A program made the position numbers and the translations under genes. Shown one piece after another: positions 53,916 through 63,178 of a stretch of DNA of 64,000 nt; within the stretch, counting starts at the first letter, position 1; each line of letters opens with the position of its first letter. The stretch is from the NCBI GenBank assembly GCA_947457885.1, contig CANGXU010000004.1, forward strand, positions 222-64,221. Reading direction: 5' to 3'. Source of the stretch: Betaproteobacteria bacterium (lineage in GTDB: Bacteria; Pseudomonadota; Gammaproteobacteria; Burkholderiales; CAIKXV01). The notes under the pieces are model-generated. The model ran no database searches. It had not been told where the DNA came from and was given only the letters and a program-made list of their open reading frames with translations.

Positions 53916-54542
53916 ATGCATCTTCTCCCCGCCCGATCCGCCGGGTCTGTTGCAGGATTGTCGATCGCCCTTGCTGCATCCCGATCGCTCGTACGCCGTA
54001 GCGTCCCGGTGCTTGCCATTGTCGCGGCCGGCGGCCTGCTGTCTCTGCAGGGCATCGACAGTGCCCGCGCGCAGGAAGTACGCCCTGACACGATCGTCTC
54101 GGGCGGAACCGAACCGGTCACCCCGGCGCCATCGGCCGTGCAGAGTCTCGCCGACCGAGCGCTGAACTCGGCGCAGGAAATGGCAATGCAGGCGATGGGC
54201 ATGATCGGCATCCGCTACACCTTCGGGGGCCGCAACCCGGATACCGGGTTCGATTGCAGCGGTCTCGTCCGCTACGTGTTCGACCGGGTGACCGGGCGAT
54301 CGCTGCCGCATAATTCGTACGAGATGGCCCGGATGGGCACCAGCGTCGGCAAGGGGGAACTGGAACCGGGCGATCTCGTGTTCTTCAATACCCGCGGCAA
54401 GCGGTACTCTCACGTCGGGATCTATGTCGGCGACGGACGATTCATCCACGCGCCCAGCCGTGGTGGCCGCGTACATATCGTGAACATGGGCGAGCGGTAC
54501 TGGGTCAGCCGGTTCAACGGAGCGCGTCGCCTGGCGGGCTGA
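53916..54542 (+). CDS. NlpC/P60 (C40) peptidoglycan endopeptidase
   Basis: 'YTFGG...GFDCSGLV', 'PGDLVFF', 'SHVGIY', 'FIHAPS'. Confidence 0.95.
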   Translation: MHLLPARSAGSVAGLSIALAASRSLVRRSVPVLAIVAAGGLLSLQGIDSARAQEVRPDTIVSGGTEPVTPAPSAVQSLADRALNSAQEMAMQAMGMIGIRYTFGGRNPDTGFDCSGLVRYVFDRVTGRSLPHNSYEMARMGTSVGKGELEPGDLVFFNTRGKRYSHVGIYVGDGRFIHAPSRGGRVHIVNMGERYWVSRFNGARRLAG

Positions 54543-55515
54543 GTCGCCGGGTCGCAGCCTCGATCCGGCGCCGGATCTCCGGCAGGGCGGAACGGGCTGC
54601 ACGCTGCCCCTGCTCGATCGCCAGTTGCCGGCTTTCGAAATCGGTAGCGGCGATCTGCCCGATCGCGGGACGGATCACCACGTCGGCCTCGGCCAGTTCG
54701 GAAGCCCCCAGCGCACGCCCCATGATCGTGAAGGCCTGCAGCAGGATGTCGATCGAACCGGCGATCCGTGAGTACTGCGGCTGGCTGGATATGTCGACCG
54801 CAATCACCAGTTCCGCGCCGAGCGCACGCGCAGCCCTGACCGGGATGGGATGGGTAAGGCCACCGTCCACCATCTGCCGGTCGCCGATCAGCACCGGACG
54901 AAACACGCCGGGCACCGCGCTAGATGCCCGTACCGACAGGCCGGTGTCGCCCCGGCGGTAGACGATGCCCTCGCCGGACTGCAGGTCGGTGGCCACTGCG
55001 GCGAAGGGAATGTTCAGTTTCTCGATCGGCCGGTCCTGCACCGCCCGATTGATGAACGACTGGAGACGCTCGCCGCGCACGAAGCCGCGGTCGGGCAGCG
55101 CAAGATCGCGTACGTCCGACTCCGCCAGTTGCCTGGCGATGCGTAGCAGGTCGGCCGATCGATAGCCGGCCGCATAGATCGCGCCGACGACCGCGCCGGC
55201 GCTGGTGCCCGTCACGTAGTCGGGCAGGATGCCGGCCTGTTCGAGCGCCATGATCACGCCGACATGAGCGAAGCCGCGCGCAGCCCCGCCACCGAGCGCG
55301 AGCCCGATCCGCGGCGCGGTAGCGACCGGTTCGGACCGAGGCTGCTGCGGCAATCCGCCCGACGGGCGCATGGCCGGCACCGCCGGCGGGCCGGATACCG
55401 CAGCGTCCTGGCCCGGCGAAGGCGGACGATGTGCACATCCGGCAGCCAGCAGACAGAGCGCCATGAAGCAGGCCGAAAACCGCCTAGACAGTCCTTCAAT
55501 GCGAATCTTTATCAT
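54514..55515 (-). CDS. Patatin-like phospholipase, probable lipoprotein
   Basis: 'GGGAARG', 'GTSAG', 'DGG'; lipobox 'LAAGC'. Start uncertain (55515 or 55464). Confidence 0.92.
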   Translation of the reverse strand: MIKIRIEGLSRRFSACFMALCLLAAGCAHRPPSPGQDAAVSGPPAVPAMRPSGGLPQQPRSEPVATAPRIGLALGGGAARGFAHVGVIMALEQAGILPDYVTGTSAGAVVGAIYAAGYRSADLLRIARQLAESDVRDLALPDRGFVRGERLQSFINRAVQDRPIEKLNIPFAAVATDLQSGEGIVYRRGDTGLSVRASSAVPGVFRPVLIGDRQMVDGGLTHPIPVRAARALGAELVIAVDISSQPQYSRIAGSIDILLQAFTIMGRALGASELAEADVVIRPAIGQIAATDFESRQLAIEQGQRAARSALPEIRRRIEAATRRLSPPGDALR

Positions 55516-55539
55516 TTACAAACGAGAATTCTTCTTGTT
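55498..55539. promoter_or_regulatory. Two tandem Fur-box-like operators upstream of the Fe3+-binding protein gene
   Basis: AATGCGAATCTTTATCATT (55498-55516) and AACGAGAATTCTTCTTGTT (55521-55539); AT-rich 19-mers resembling AATGAGAATnATTnTCATT. Confidence 0.75.
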
Positions 55540-55619
55540 AAGATCCTGTGACCCAGGCATCTGACCGACGCAGTTCCGCCTCCGCGTGGACCTGTCCACA
55601 GCCCGAGATCGAAAACGCC

Positions 55620-56678
55620 ATGCACTACAACCCACTGTACCGCCTGCTGACGATGCCGCTGGCGGGTGCCCTCTGCGCCGCGGCTGCCGTCCTGGCCACC
55701 GCGCCCGCCGCAGCCCAGACCGACAAGGTCCTGAACCTGTACACGGCGCGCCATTATCAGACAGACGAGGCGCTCTACACGGGCTTCACGCGCAAGACCG
55801 GCATCAAGGTCAACCGTATCGAGGCGGGCGAGGATGCGCTGCTCGAGCGCGTACGCAGCGAGGGCCGCAACAGCCCGGCGGACATATTCATCACGGTGGA
55901 CGCCGGCCGTCTCTGGCGCGCCGAACAGCTCGACCTGTTCCAGCCGCTGGACTCTCCGGTACTCAATGCGCGGATCCCGGCCCAGCTGCGCACGCCAGCA
56001 GGGACCTGGTTCGGATTTTCCACCCGTGCGCGTGTGATCGCATACAACCGCAAGACAGTGCGGCCGGAGGAAGTCGCGACCTACGAGGACCTCGCGCATC
56101 CCCGGCTCAAGGGCCGGCTCTGCATCCGTGCCAGCAACCACGTCTACAACCTTTCGCTGATGGCCTCCATGATCGAGCGCCTGGGCGAGGCGAAGGCCGA
56201 GGAATGGGCCCGCGGCGTGGTCGCCAACCTCGCCCGCTCGCCGCGCGGCGGGGATACCGACCAGCTGCTCGGTGTCGGTGCCGGGGAATGCGATGTCGCG
56301 GTCGTCAACACGTACTACTATGTGCGGCTGATGAAGTCGGTACGCCCACAGGATCGGCAACTGATTGAACGGGTGGCGGTGTCGTTCCCCAACCAGGCAT
56401 CTTCCGGTACACATGTAAATGTGTCGGGCGCAGGAATGCTTCGCGCCGCGCCGAACCCGGTGGCCGCCCGGCTTTTCCTCGAATACCTCGCCAGCGATGA
56501 AGCGCAGATCCATTTCGCAGACGGCAACAATGAGTGGCCGGTGGTCTCTTCCGCCGTCGCCCGGAATCCGGAGCTTGCCTCGCTCGGCAAGTTCAAGGCA
56601 GAGGCGTTCAACATCGGCGTGCTCGGCCGCAATCAGGCCCTCGCGCAGAAGATCCTCGACCGGGTCGGCTGGAAGTAG
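55620..56678 (+). CDS. Fe3+ ABC transporter substrate-binding protein (FutA/FbpA-like)
   Basis: 'NLYTARHY', 'SPADIFITVDAGRL', 'YNLSL', 'NTYYYVR' (Tyr iron ligands), 'HVNVSG'. Confidence 0.93.
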   Translation: MHYNPLYRLLTMPLAGALCAAAAVLATAPAAAQTDKVLNLYTARHYQTDEALYTGFTRKTGIKVNRIEAGEDALLERVRSEGRNSPADIFITVDAGRLWRAEQLDLFQPLDSPVLNARIPAQLRTPAGTWFGFSTRARVIAYNRKTVRPEEVATYEDLAHPRLKGRLCIRASNHVYNLSLMASMIERLGEAKAEEWARGVVANLARSPRGGDTDQLLGVGAGECDVAVVNTYYYVRLMKSVRPQDRQLIERVAVSFPNQASSGTHVNVSGAGMLRAAPNPVAARLFLEYLASDEAQIHFADGNNEWPVVSSAVARNPELASLGKFKAEAFNIGVLGRNQALAQKILDRVGWK

Positions 56679-56696
56679 CGTCCCTGGCAGGCGGCA

Positions 56697-57458
56697 GTGA
56701 CCCGGGCCTGCGCGATCCGGCCATGGCGCAGCGCCCTGCTCTTTGCCATCGGCATCGTCCTGCCTGCCTGTACCGCGATGGCCGCCCCGATCGCCGCGCC
56801 GGCGAGGTCGGCGGCAGCACCGGCGCCAGCGGCTGCCACGATGACGACCAGCCAGTCCGGCGCCCCGGCGCGCGCGCCGGAAATGATGGGGCTGGCGCTC
56901 GGCATGCCGATCGAGGCCGCGATCCGTGTGGTCCTGGCGATGGCGCCGCCGGGTAGCGTCACGCTGCCGGCTGTCCGGCGGGAGCCGGTCAGCATCGTGC
57001 GGATAGAGGCGCCTGCGGCATTCGCAGCCCCCGCGGCTGAAGCCACGAAAGACTCGAGCTTCTATGTGATGCTGAACAGCGCGCCGCGTATCCTGATGAC
57101 CCAGTCTTCCCGCTCCAGCCATGTGCCGTTCGTGACACTGGTGGCCGGCGACCGCGACCGCAGGCTGATACGAATCGTGTTCGAGCCAGCCTTCGTCCAC
57201 TGGCCCGATGGCTACGATGCGGGCCGACGCACCGCGTGGAGCCTGGCCGAACTGCTGCGCGAACGCTACGGTGTGGACGTCGAACTGACGCCGAGCGACG
57301 CGGGGCGCCGTACGCCCGCGGGAACCGGCAGCATGGGCCAGGACAACAGCGCGCGCTCAGGCTGGGTTTTGCGGGTAAGCGCCGCCCGCAAGTCGATCGT
57401 ACTGTCCGACGTCAGGCTGCTGCCGGACGCGTTTGCGACCCGGCTGCAACTGGACTGA
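56697..57458 (+). CDS. Hypothetical exported protein
   Basis: Signal-peptide-like N-terminus and Ala/Pro linker; 18 bp after the futA-like stop; no recognisable motif. Confidence 0.55.
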   Translation: MTRACAIRPWRSALLFAIGIVLPACTAMAAPIAAPARSAAAPAPAAATMTTSQSGAPARAPEMMGLALGMPIEAAIRVVLAMAPPGSVTLPAVRREPVSIVRIEAPAAFAAPAAEATKDSSFYVMLNSAPRILMTQSSRSSHVPFVTLVAGDRDRRLIRIVFEPAFVHWPDGYDAGRRTAWSLAELLRERYGVDVELTPSDAGRRTPAGTGSMGQDNSARSGWVLRVSAARKSIVLSDVRLLPDAFATRLQLD

Positions 57459-59094
57459 CTGGAGCGACACGGATGCGCATCGTGCGGGTCAGCAGCATCA
57501 CCGGCAGCATGCCGACCGCCACGATGACCAGCGAGGCGACCGCCGCCTGCCCCAGCCTTTCATCCGAGGCGAAGGTGTAGGCCTGGGTAGCGAGCGTGTC
57601 GAAGTTGAACGGGCGGATCACCAGCGTCGCCGGCAGTTCCTTCATCACATCGACGAACACCAGCAACGCGGCGGTAAGCAGGCTGGTCCACATCAGCGGC
57701 CGGTGCACGCGCCAGAGCGTCGCCCCGGCGCCGAGCCCGAGCGACCGGGCGGCATCGTCCATCGACCGCGTGATCTTGCCGAGCCCGGTATCGATCGCCT
57801 CCTGTGCCACGCCGAGGAAGCGCACGAGGTACGCATAGATCAGTGCCGCGACGGTCCCGGTGAACAGCAGGCCGGTGGCGATGCCGAAACGGTCGCGCAT
57901 CAGGGCGTCGACCCAGTTGTCGAGCGTCGCGAGCGGGATCAGGATGCCGACCGCGATCACCGCACCGGGTACCGCATACCCGAGCCCGACCACGCGGTTC
58001 GCAGCCAGCGTGAGCCCGCTGCGATGCAGGCGCAGCGCGTACGCAAGGCTGGTTGCAATCGTGACGGCCAGCACGGCTGTGATCCCGGCAAGGGAGAAAC
58101 TGTTGACCGCGAGTTGCGCGTAAACATCGAACGAGTGGTCGGCGCGTGCGTCGATCGCCAGGTGCAGCAGGATCGCTGCCGGCAGCAGGAAACCGACCGT
58201 CACCGGTACCAGGCAGGCCGCGATGGCAAGCGCTGCCGCGCCGCCGGACAGGCGCAATGCCACCACCGGCCGGCTTCGGCCACCGACGGTCGCGTAGCTC
58301 GCGCGGCCCCGTGTCGACCGCTCGAACAGCAGCACGACCAGCACGAACGACAGCAGCGCACACGCCAGCTGCGCCGCCGCCAGACGGTCGCCGAGCGACA
58401 ACCAGGCGCGGTAGATGCCGGTCGTGAACGTCTGGACCGAGAAGTAGGACACGGTCCCGTAATCGGCCAGCGTCTCCATCGCCGTGAGGGCGACACCGCC
58501 GGCGATCGCCGGTCGCGCCAGCGGCAGCGACAGCCGGAAGAACGTGGCCCAGGGCCCGAAGCCGAGGCTGCGGCTCACCTCGAGCATGCTGCCCGAGCGT
58601 TCGGCGAACGCGGTGCGCGCGAGCAGGTACACATAGGGATAGAGGACGAACACGAACATCGCAGCGGCACCACCCAGCGAACGGATCTCGGGAAACCAGT
58701 AATCGTGCCGATCCCATCCGAAGGTCTCGCGCAGCAGGCTCTGAACGGGCCCGGTGAACTGGAGCAGGTCCGTGTACGCGTAGGCCATCACATAGGCCGG
58801 CATCGCGAGGGGAAGGACCAGCAGCCATTCGAACGTGCGGCGGCCCGGAAAATCGAGCATGGTCACCAGCCAGGCTGCGCCCACCCCGATCGCCGCGACG
58901 CCAATGCCGACCGCAACCATCAGCGCGAGCGTGTTCGCGACATAGTCGCCGAGCACCGTGTTGATCAGGTGGCGCCACACGCCGGCGGTACCGCCGGCGG
59001 ACAGGCTGGATACGACCGACAGGACGGGTATCGATGCAACCAGCGCAAGCAGCAGGGCAAGCAGGACCAGCGGTGACTTCAGCGCGCGGGGCAT
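57412..59094 (-). CDS. Fe3+ ABC transporter permease (FutB/FbpB-like)
   Basis: Duplicated permease: 'PLAMPAYV', 'EVSRSLG', 'LADYG', 'DAARSLG', 'MKELPATL..RPFNFDTLA'. Confidence 0.94.
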   Translation of the reverse strand: MPRALKSPLVLLALLLALVASIPVLSVVSSLSAGGTAGVWRHLINTVLGDYVANTLALMVAVGIGVAAIGVGAAWLVTMLDFPGRRTFEWLLVLPLAMPAYVMAYAYTDLLQFTGPVQSLLRETFGWDRHDYWFPEIRSLGGAAAMFVFVLYPYVYLLARTAFAERSGSMLEVSRSLGFGPWATFFRLSLPLARPAIAGGVALTAMETLADYGTVSYFSVQTFTTGIYRAWLSLGDRLAAAQLACALLSFVLVVLLFERSTRGRASYATVGGRSRPVVALRLSGGAAALAIAACLVPVTVGFLLPAAILLHLAIDARADHSFDVYAQLAVNSFSLAGITAVLAVTIATSLAYALRLHRSGLTLAANRVVGLGYAVPGAVIAVGILIPLATLDNWVDALMRDRFGIATGLLFTGTVAALIYAYLVRFLGVAQEAIDTGLGKITRSMDDAARSLGLGAGATLWRVHRPLMWTSLLTAALLVFVDVMKELPATLVIRPFNFDTLATQAYTFASDERLGQAAVASLVIVAVGMLPVMLLTRTMRIRVAPVSPVAAGSQTRPAAA

Positions 59095-59177
59095 CGGTGC
59101 GGCGCTCCGCCGGGTGCAGTGGGCTGCGCGGCGAGGCGGCGAGTGGGTACTGGACGCGGATTCTGCCCCAGCTCCGC

Positions 59178-59204
59178 TATAATGAAAAGCGAATCGTTCT
59201 CATT
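59178..59204 (+). promoter_or_regulatory. -10 element plus Fur-box-like operator in the divergent permease/ATPase intergenic region
   Basis: TATAAT (59178-59183) followed by AAAGCGAATCGTTCTCATT (59186-59204). Confidence 0.75.
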
Positions 59205-59226
59205 TGAGCCCTATGAACCCCGCCTG

Positions 59227-60396
59227 ATGGATCCCGTCCTCCGCTTCGACAAGGTCAGCCATGCCTACGGCGCCGTCGGCGTGTTCGACGATCTGTCGTT
59301 CTCACTCGCGCGCGGCCAGATCGGCTGCCTGCTGGGTGCCAGCGGCTGCGGCAAGACCACGGTCCTGCGCTGCATCGCGGGGTTCGAGCCTGTAGCAGCC
59401 GGGCGGATCCTGATCAACGGCACCGAGGTGGCCGGGCCGGGACTGCAGGTACCCCCCGAAAAGCGGCAGGTCGGCATGGTGTTCCAGGACTATGCCCTGT
59501 TCCCGCACCTGTCGGTCGCCGGCAACATCGGCTTCGGACTGCGCGCGATGACGGCCGCGCAGCGCGCTGCACGCGTGGCGGAACTGCTCGAGGTGATCGG
59601 CCTGATCGACTCTGGCGGGCGCTTTCCGCACGAATTGTCGGGTGGCCAGCAGCAGCGGGTCGCGCTCGCCCGGGCCCTCGCCCCCCGGCCGGAACTGCTG
59701 CTCCTCGATGAACCGTTCTCCAACCTCGATGTCGAGATGCGCGAGCGACTCGGACAGGAAGTTCGCGAGATCCTCAAGCAGCAGGGAACGACCGCGATCC
59801 TGGTCACCCATGACCAGTCTGAAGCCTTTGCGGTGGCCGACGAGATCGGCATCCTGCACCGCGGCCGGCTCGCGCAGTGGGACACCCCGTACAACCTTTA
59901 CCACCGCCCGGCCAACCACGTAGTGGCAGATTTCATCGGCAAGGGCGTGTTCCTGCCCGGCACGGTGCTCGAAGATCACCGGATAGATATCGGCATCGGC
60001 AAGCTGGCCGGCGACCTGCCCGCTGAATGCGGCAAGGGCTGCGCGGGCTGCGCGAACGACTGCGATGTCGAAGTGCTGCTGCGGCCGGACGACATCGTGC
60101 ACGACGATGCCAGCCCGCTGAAGGCACGCGTCGTGCACAAGGCGTTCAGGGGCGCAGACATCCTTTATACGCTGGCCCTGCCGGACGGGCGCGAGGCGCT
60201 GTCGGTCGTGCCCAGCCACCACAACCATGCGATCGGCGAGCAGATCGGCATCCGGGTGGAGGCCGATCACGTGATCGTGTTCCGGCGCGAGGCGCGCGAC
60301 CTCTCATCGCCGCCCCCTCGCACCAAAGCTTCGAGCGGGCCAGGCCCGGCCCGGGCGATCCATGCCGGGGCCAGCAGCACAGCTGCACCCCAGTAG
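59227..60396 (+). CDS. Fe3+ ABC transporter ATP-binding protein (FutC/FbpC-like)
   Basis: 'GASGCGKT', 'VFQDYALFPHL', 'LSGGQQQR', 'LLDEPF', 'VTHDQ', TOBE 'FRGA...PSHHNH'. Confidence 0.94.
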   Translation: MDPVLRFDKVSHAYGAVGVFDDLSFSLARGQIGCLLGASGCGKTTVLRCIAGFEPVAAGRILINGTEVAGPGLQVPPEKRQVGMVFQDYALFPHLSVAGNIGFGLRAMTAAQRAARVAELLEVIGLIDSGGRFPHELSGGQQQRVALARALAPRPELLLLDEPFSNLDVEMRERLGQEVREILKQQGTTAILVTHDQSEAFAVADEIGILHRGRLAQWDTPYNLYHRPANHVVADFIGKGVFLPGTVLEDHRIDIGIGKLAGDLPAECGKGCAGCANDCDVEVLLRPDDIVHDDASPLKARVVHKAFRGADILYTLALPDGREALSVVPSHHNHAIGEQIGIRVEADHVIVFRREARDLSSPPPRTKASSGPGPARAIHAGASSTAAPQ

Positions 60397-61472
60397 GCGA
60401 TCCCGAAGGCGAACAGCCCGAGCGAACCGAAGGCCGGGCCAAGCGCACCGGCAGGCCCCGCAAACAGCGCAGTACAGGCCAGCGTGTGGGCTACGTAGAA
60501 CGACATGGTCATGCGACCGAGAGGCGCGAAGGTCGCCAGGCGGTGCGCCCTCCCCGCGTGCCACGCGCGCGCCAGCGCGCATACGGCACCCGCAGCGAGC
60601 AGCGGCCCGGTGAACTGGGTCACGAAGTCGATGACCGACGTTTCGCCGTCGGGATACAGGGCAACCCGCCAGGCGGCCAGTGCGACGTTGAGCACGAGCC
60701 CCGCGGGCAGCAGCACGGCAGCGCCGATCGACCACAGGCGCGCACCGTAGCGCGCGCGCTCCAGCACGCGCAGCCGGCCGGCAATCGTGCCGGCGATGCC
60801 GAGCGAGATCATCATCGGCAGTTGCCATGGCAGCTGGTAGAAGTACGACGCATAACCGATCCGGTTGAGCTCGAACACCTCGGGCCAGCTGCCCGCGTGA
60901 GTCAGCCAGTGCACGGTGACCGGCGATTGCGCGGGGGCGGGGAATGCCAGCATCACGGCCAGCGTCGTGCCACCCACCGCCAGCCAGAGCCCCCCCCATG
61001 CTGCGCCAAGCAGGCACAACCGCCGCAGCCGGCGCCGCGGCGCGGCCAGCAGCAGCAGTCCGAGCACGGCCAGCCAGGACAGGATGTCTCCGTAGTAGAT
61101 GAACAGGCCGTGCAGGACGCCGATCACGCCCTGGCGCATCATCTGGCTGCGCCTGGAAGCGACAACGTCGGCGTCCAGCCTGCGCCCTTGGCGCCGCGTG
61201 CGCATCGCCCAGCCATAACCGACGAGGAACATCAGGAGCGGGTAGCTCTTGGCCTGGAACAGCGCAACGCAGATGGCCTGGATCAGCAGCGCAAGCGTCG
61301 AATCCGCCGGGTCGACCACGCCGACGGGCGAACTGAACACGTGCGGGAACGACATCGTGTTCACGACCAGTACGCCGCACAGCGCCAGGCCTCGGATACC
61401 GTCGATCAGCGCATTGCGTCGGGCCGAGCCTGTCACCGGCAGTGGACTGGCAGGACCCGCCAGCGAGGGCAT
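60267..61472 (-). CDS. DUF418 (YeiB-like) membrane protein
   Basis: 'IDGIRGLALCGVLVVN', 'KSYPLLMFLVGYG', 'GDIL', 'GRMTMSFYVAH', 'GPLEAL'. Confidence 0.88.
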   Translation of the reverse strand: MPSLAGPASPLPVTGSARRNALIDGIRGLALCGVLVVNTMSFPHVFSSPVGVVDPADSTLALLIQAICVALFQAKSYPLLMFLVGYGWAMRTRRQGRRLDADVVASRRSQMMRQGVIGVLHGLFIYYGDILSWLAVLGLLLLAAPRRRLRRLCLLGAAWGGLWLAVGGTTLAVMLAFPAPAQSPVTVHWLTHAGSWPEVFELNRIGYASYFYQLPWQLPMMISLGIAGTIAGRLRVLERARYGARLWSIGAAVLLPAGLVLNVALAAWRVALYPDGETSVIDFVTQFTGPLLAAGAVCALARAWHAGRAHRLATFAPLGRMTMSFYVAHTLACTALFAGPAGALGPAFGSLGLFAFGIAYWGAAVLLAPAWIARAGPGPLEALVRGGGDERSRASRRNTIT

Positions 61473-62473
61473 CAGGGTGCCGCGGTCGAACCAGGCCGCG
61501 CCGCGCGGATCTCGCGCGCGAGTTCGAACACCGCCATCGCGTAGTGGATCGCGCGGTTGTAGCGGGTGATCACGAAGAAGTTGTCGAACCCGAGCCAGTA
61601 CTCGGTGCCCTCCTTCACCACCAGCGGGAACACCATCGCGGGCAGCGCTGCGTCGACCTCGGATACCGGCACGAAACCCATGTCGCGCAATGCGCCCACC
61701 GTGGTGTGCGGCCGGATGCCGAGCTTCGCCTGAGCCTCGGCCAGATCGACGGGTGCGGAAACGCGCACGGCGACCGGACCACCGGTGACCCAGCCGAACA
61801 CCCGGTAATAGTTCGCGACGCTGCCGATCGCATCCGGCGCGCTGCGAAAGAGGTCGATGCGGCCATCGCCGTCGAAGTCCACCGCATACTTGCGGTAACT
61901 CGTCGGCATGAACTGCGGAATACCCATCGCCCCGGCAAACGATCCGCGGGGCTGCGCCGGATCGACCGCCAGTTCGCGGCTGAGCAGCAGGAACTGCTCG
62001 AGTTCGCCGCGGAAGAAAGCGGCGCGCTTGGGGAAGTCGAAGGCCAGGGTCGCGAGCGTGTCGAGCACCGGATGCGAGCCCATCATCTTTCCGAACAACG
62101 TCTCTGCCGCGATCGTCGCGACCACGAGTTCGGGCGGCACACCGAACTGCGCGCGCGCGCGCTCCAGCACTGCCGCGTTGTCCTGCCAGAAGCGGACTCC
62201 GCCGGCGATCCGCGGGCGGTTGACGAACGACGGGCGGTACTCGAACCAGGGGCGCGGCGTGTACTGCGACTGCATGGCTCCGAGCACCTGGTTCTGCACG
62301 CGCACCTGGGCGAACAGTGCGCGCAGTGCGTCGCGGTCGAACTGGTGGCGCGCGACCATCTCGTCGACGAATGCCTCGGCGTCGGCCGACAGCGCACGCG
62401 GCGCCGGTTGGGCCGCCAGTTTCCCCACCATCGCCGTCGAGGCGACCGCTGCAATCAACGTTCGGCGATTCAT
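61472..62473 (-). CDS. mltB: Lytic murein transglycosylase B (Slt35/MltB family)
   Basis: Catalytic 'AETLFG', 'GSFAGAMGIPQFMPTSY', EF-hand 'DFDGDGRIDL', 'ITRYN'. Confidence 0.93.
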   Translation of the reverse strand: MNRRTLIAAVASTAMVGKLAAQPAPRALSADAEAFVDEMVARHQFDRDALRALFAQVRVQNQVLGAMQSQYTPRPWFEYRPSFVNRPRIAGGVRFWQDNAAVLERARAQFGVPPELVVATIAAETLFGKMMGSHPVLDTLATLAFDFPKRAAFFRGELEQFLLLSRELAVDPAQPRGSFAGAMGIPQFMPTSYRKYAVDFDGDGRIDLFRSAPDAIGSVANYYRVFGWVTGGPVAVRVSAPVDLAEAQAKLGIRPHTTVGALRDMGFVPVSEVDAALPAMVFPLVVKEGTEYWLGFDNFFVITRYNRAIHYAMAVFELAREIRAARPGSTAAP

Positions 62474-63135
62474 CCGTACCTGCGTATCAGCCCCTTGACC
62501 ACCCCGCGGATCGTAACCTGCGCAGGGTCGAATACCAATGGCTGCATCGATGAATTTGCCGGATGCAGGACGACGCGGCCAGGCCGCTGCTCGATCCGCT
62601 TCAGGGTCGCTGCCTCGCCATCGATGAGCGCCACCACGATCTCGCCATTGCGTGCCGAGGAACGGTGCTCGATCACCACCACGTCGCCATCTAGGATGCC
62701 TTCGTCGATCATCGAATCGCCACGCACCGTGAGCGCATAGTGGTCGACGCGGCCGGCCCAGCCCGCGCCCACTTCGATCTCGGCATCTTCGTCGAGCGCA
62801 TCGATCGGCTGGCCGGCCGCAACCCGACCGAGCAGCGGCAGCGTCCGCCCTTGTGCGCGCTCAGGAGACGCCGATCCGGCGCGACGGGACGTCTGTCGCG
62901 GAGGCGACAACACGATGCCGCGCTGCCTGCCGTTCATCGGCTCGACCAGCCCTGCCTCGACCAGCGCCTGTACATGCTTGTGCAGCGATCCGCGCGAACT
63001 CAGGCCGAGCGCCGCGCAGACCTCGTCGAGCGTCGGCGGATGATCCAGGGCCGGAAGCGTGTCGCGCAGCCATGCCAGGATCTGTGCCTGCCGGCGTGTC
63101 AGTGAAGGCGGCGCTTTGGGCATCGGGGCCTGCAT
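62470..63135 (-). CDS. lexA: LexA repressor (S24 autopeptidase)
   Basis: wHTH 'LTRRQAQIL...PPTLDEVCAALGLSSRGSLHKHVQALVEAG'; cleavage site 'VAAG'; Ser in 'GDSM'; Lys in 'TLKR'. Start at 63135 or 63123. Confidence 0.93.
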   Translation of the reverse strand: MQAPMPKAPPSLTRRQAQILAWLRDTLPALDHPPTLDEVCAALGLSSRGSLHKHVQALVEAGLVEPMNGRQRGIVLSPPRQTSRRAGSASPERAQGRTLPLLGRVAAGQPIDALDEDAEIEVGAGWAGRVDHYALTVRGDSMIDEGILDGDVVVIEHRSSARNGEIVVALIDGEAATLKRIEQRPGRVVLHPANSSMQPLVFDPAQVTIRGVVKGLIRRYG

Positions 63136-63178
63136 GCTCGTTGATCGGTCGGGGCGCGGCTGGAGGTCAGGGCGGAGG

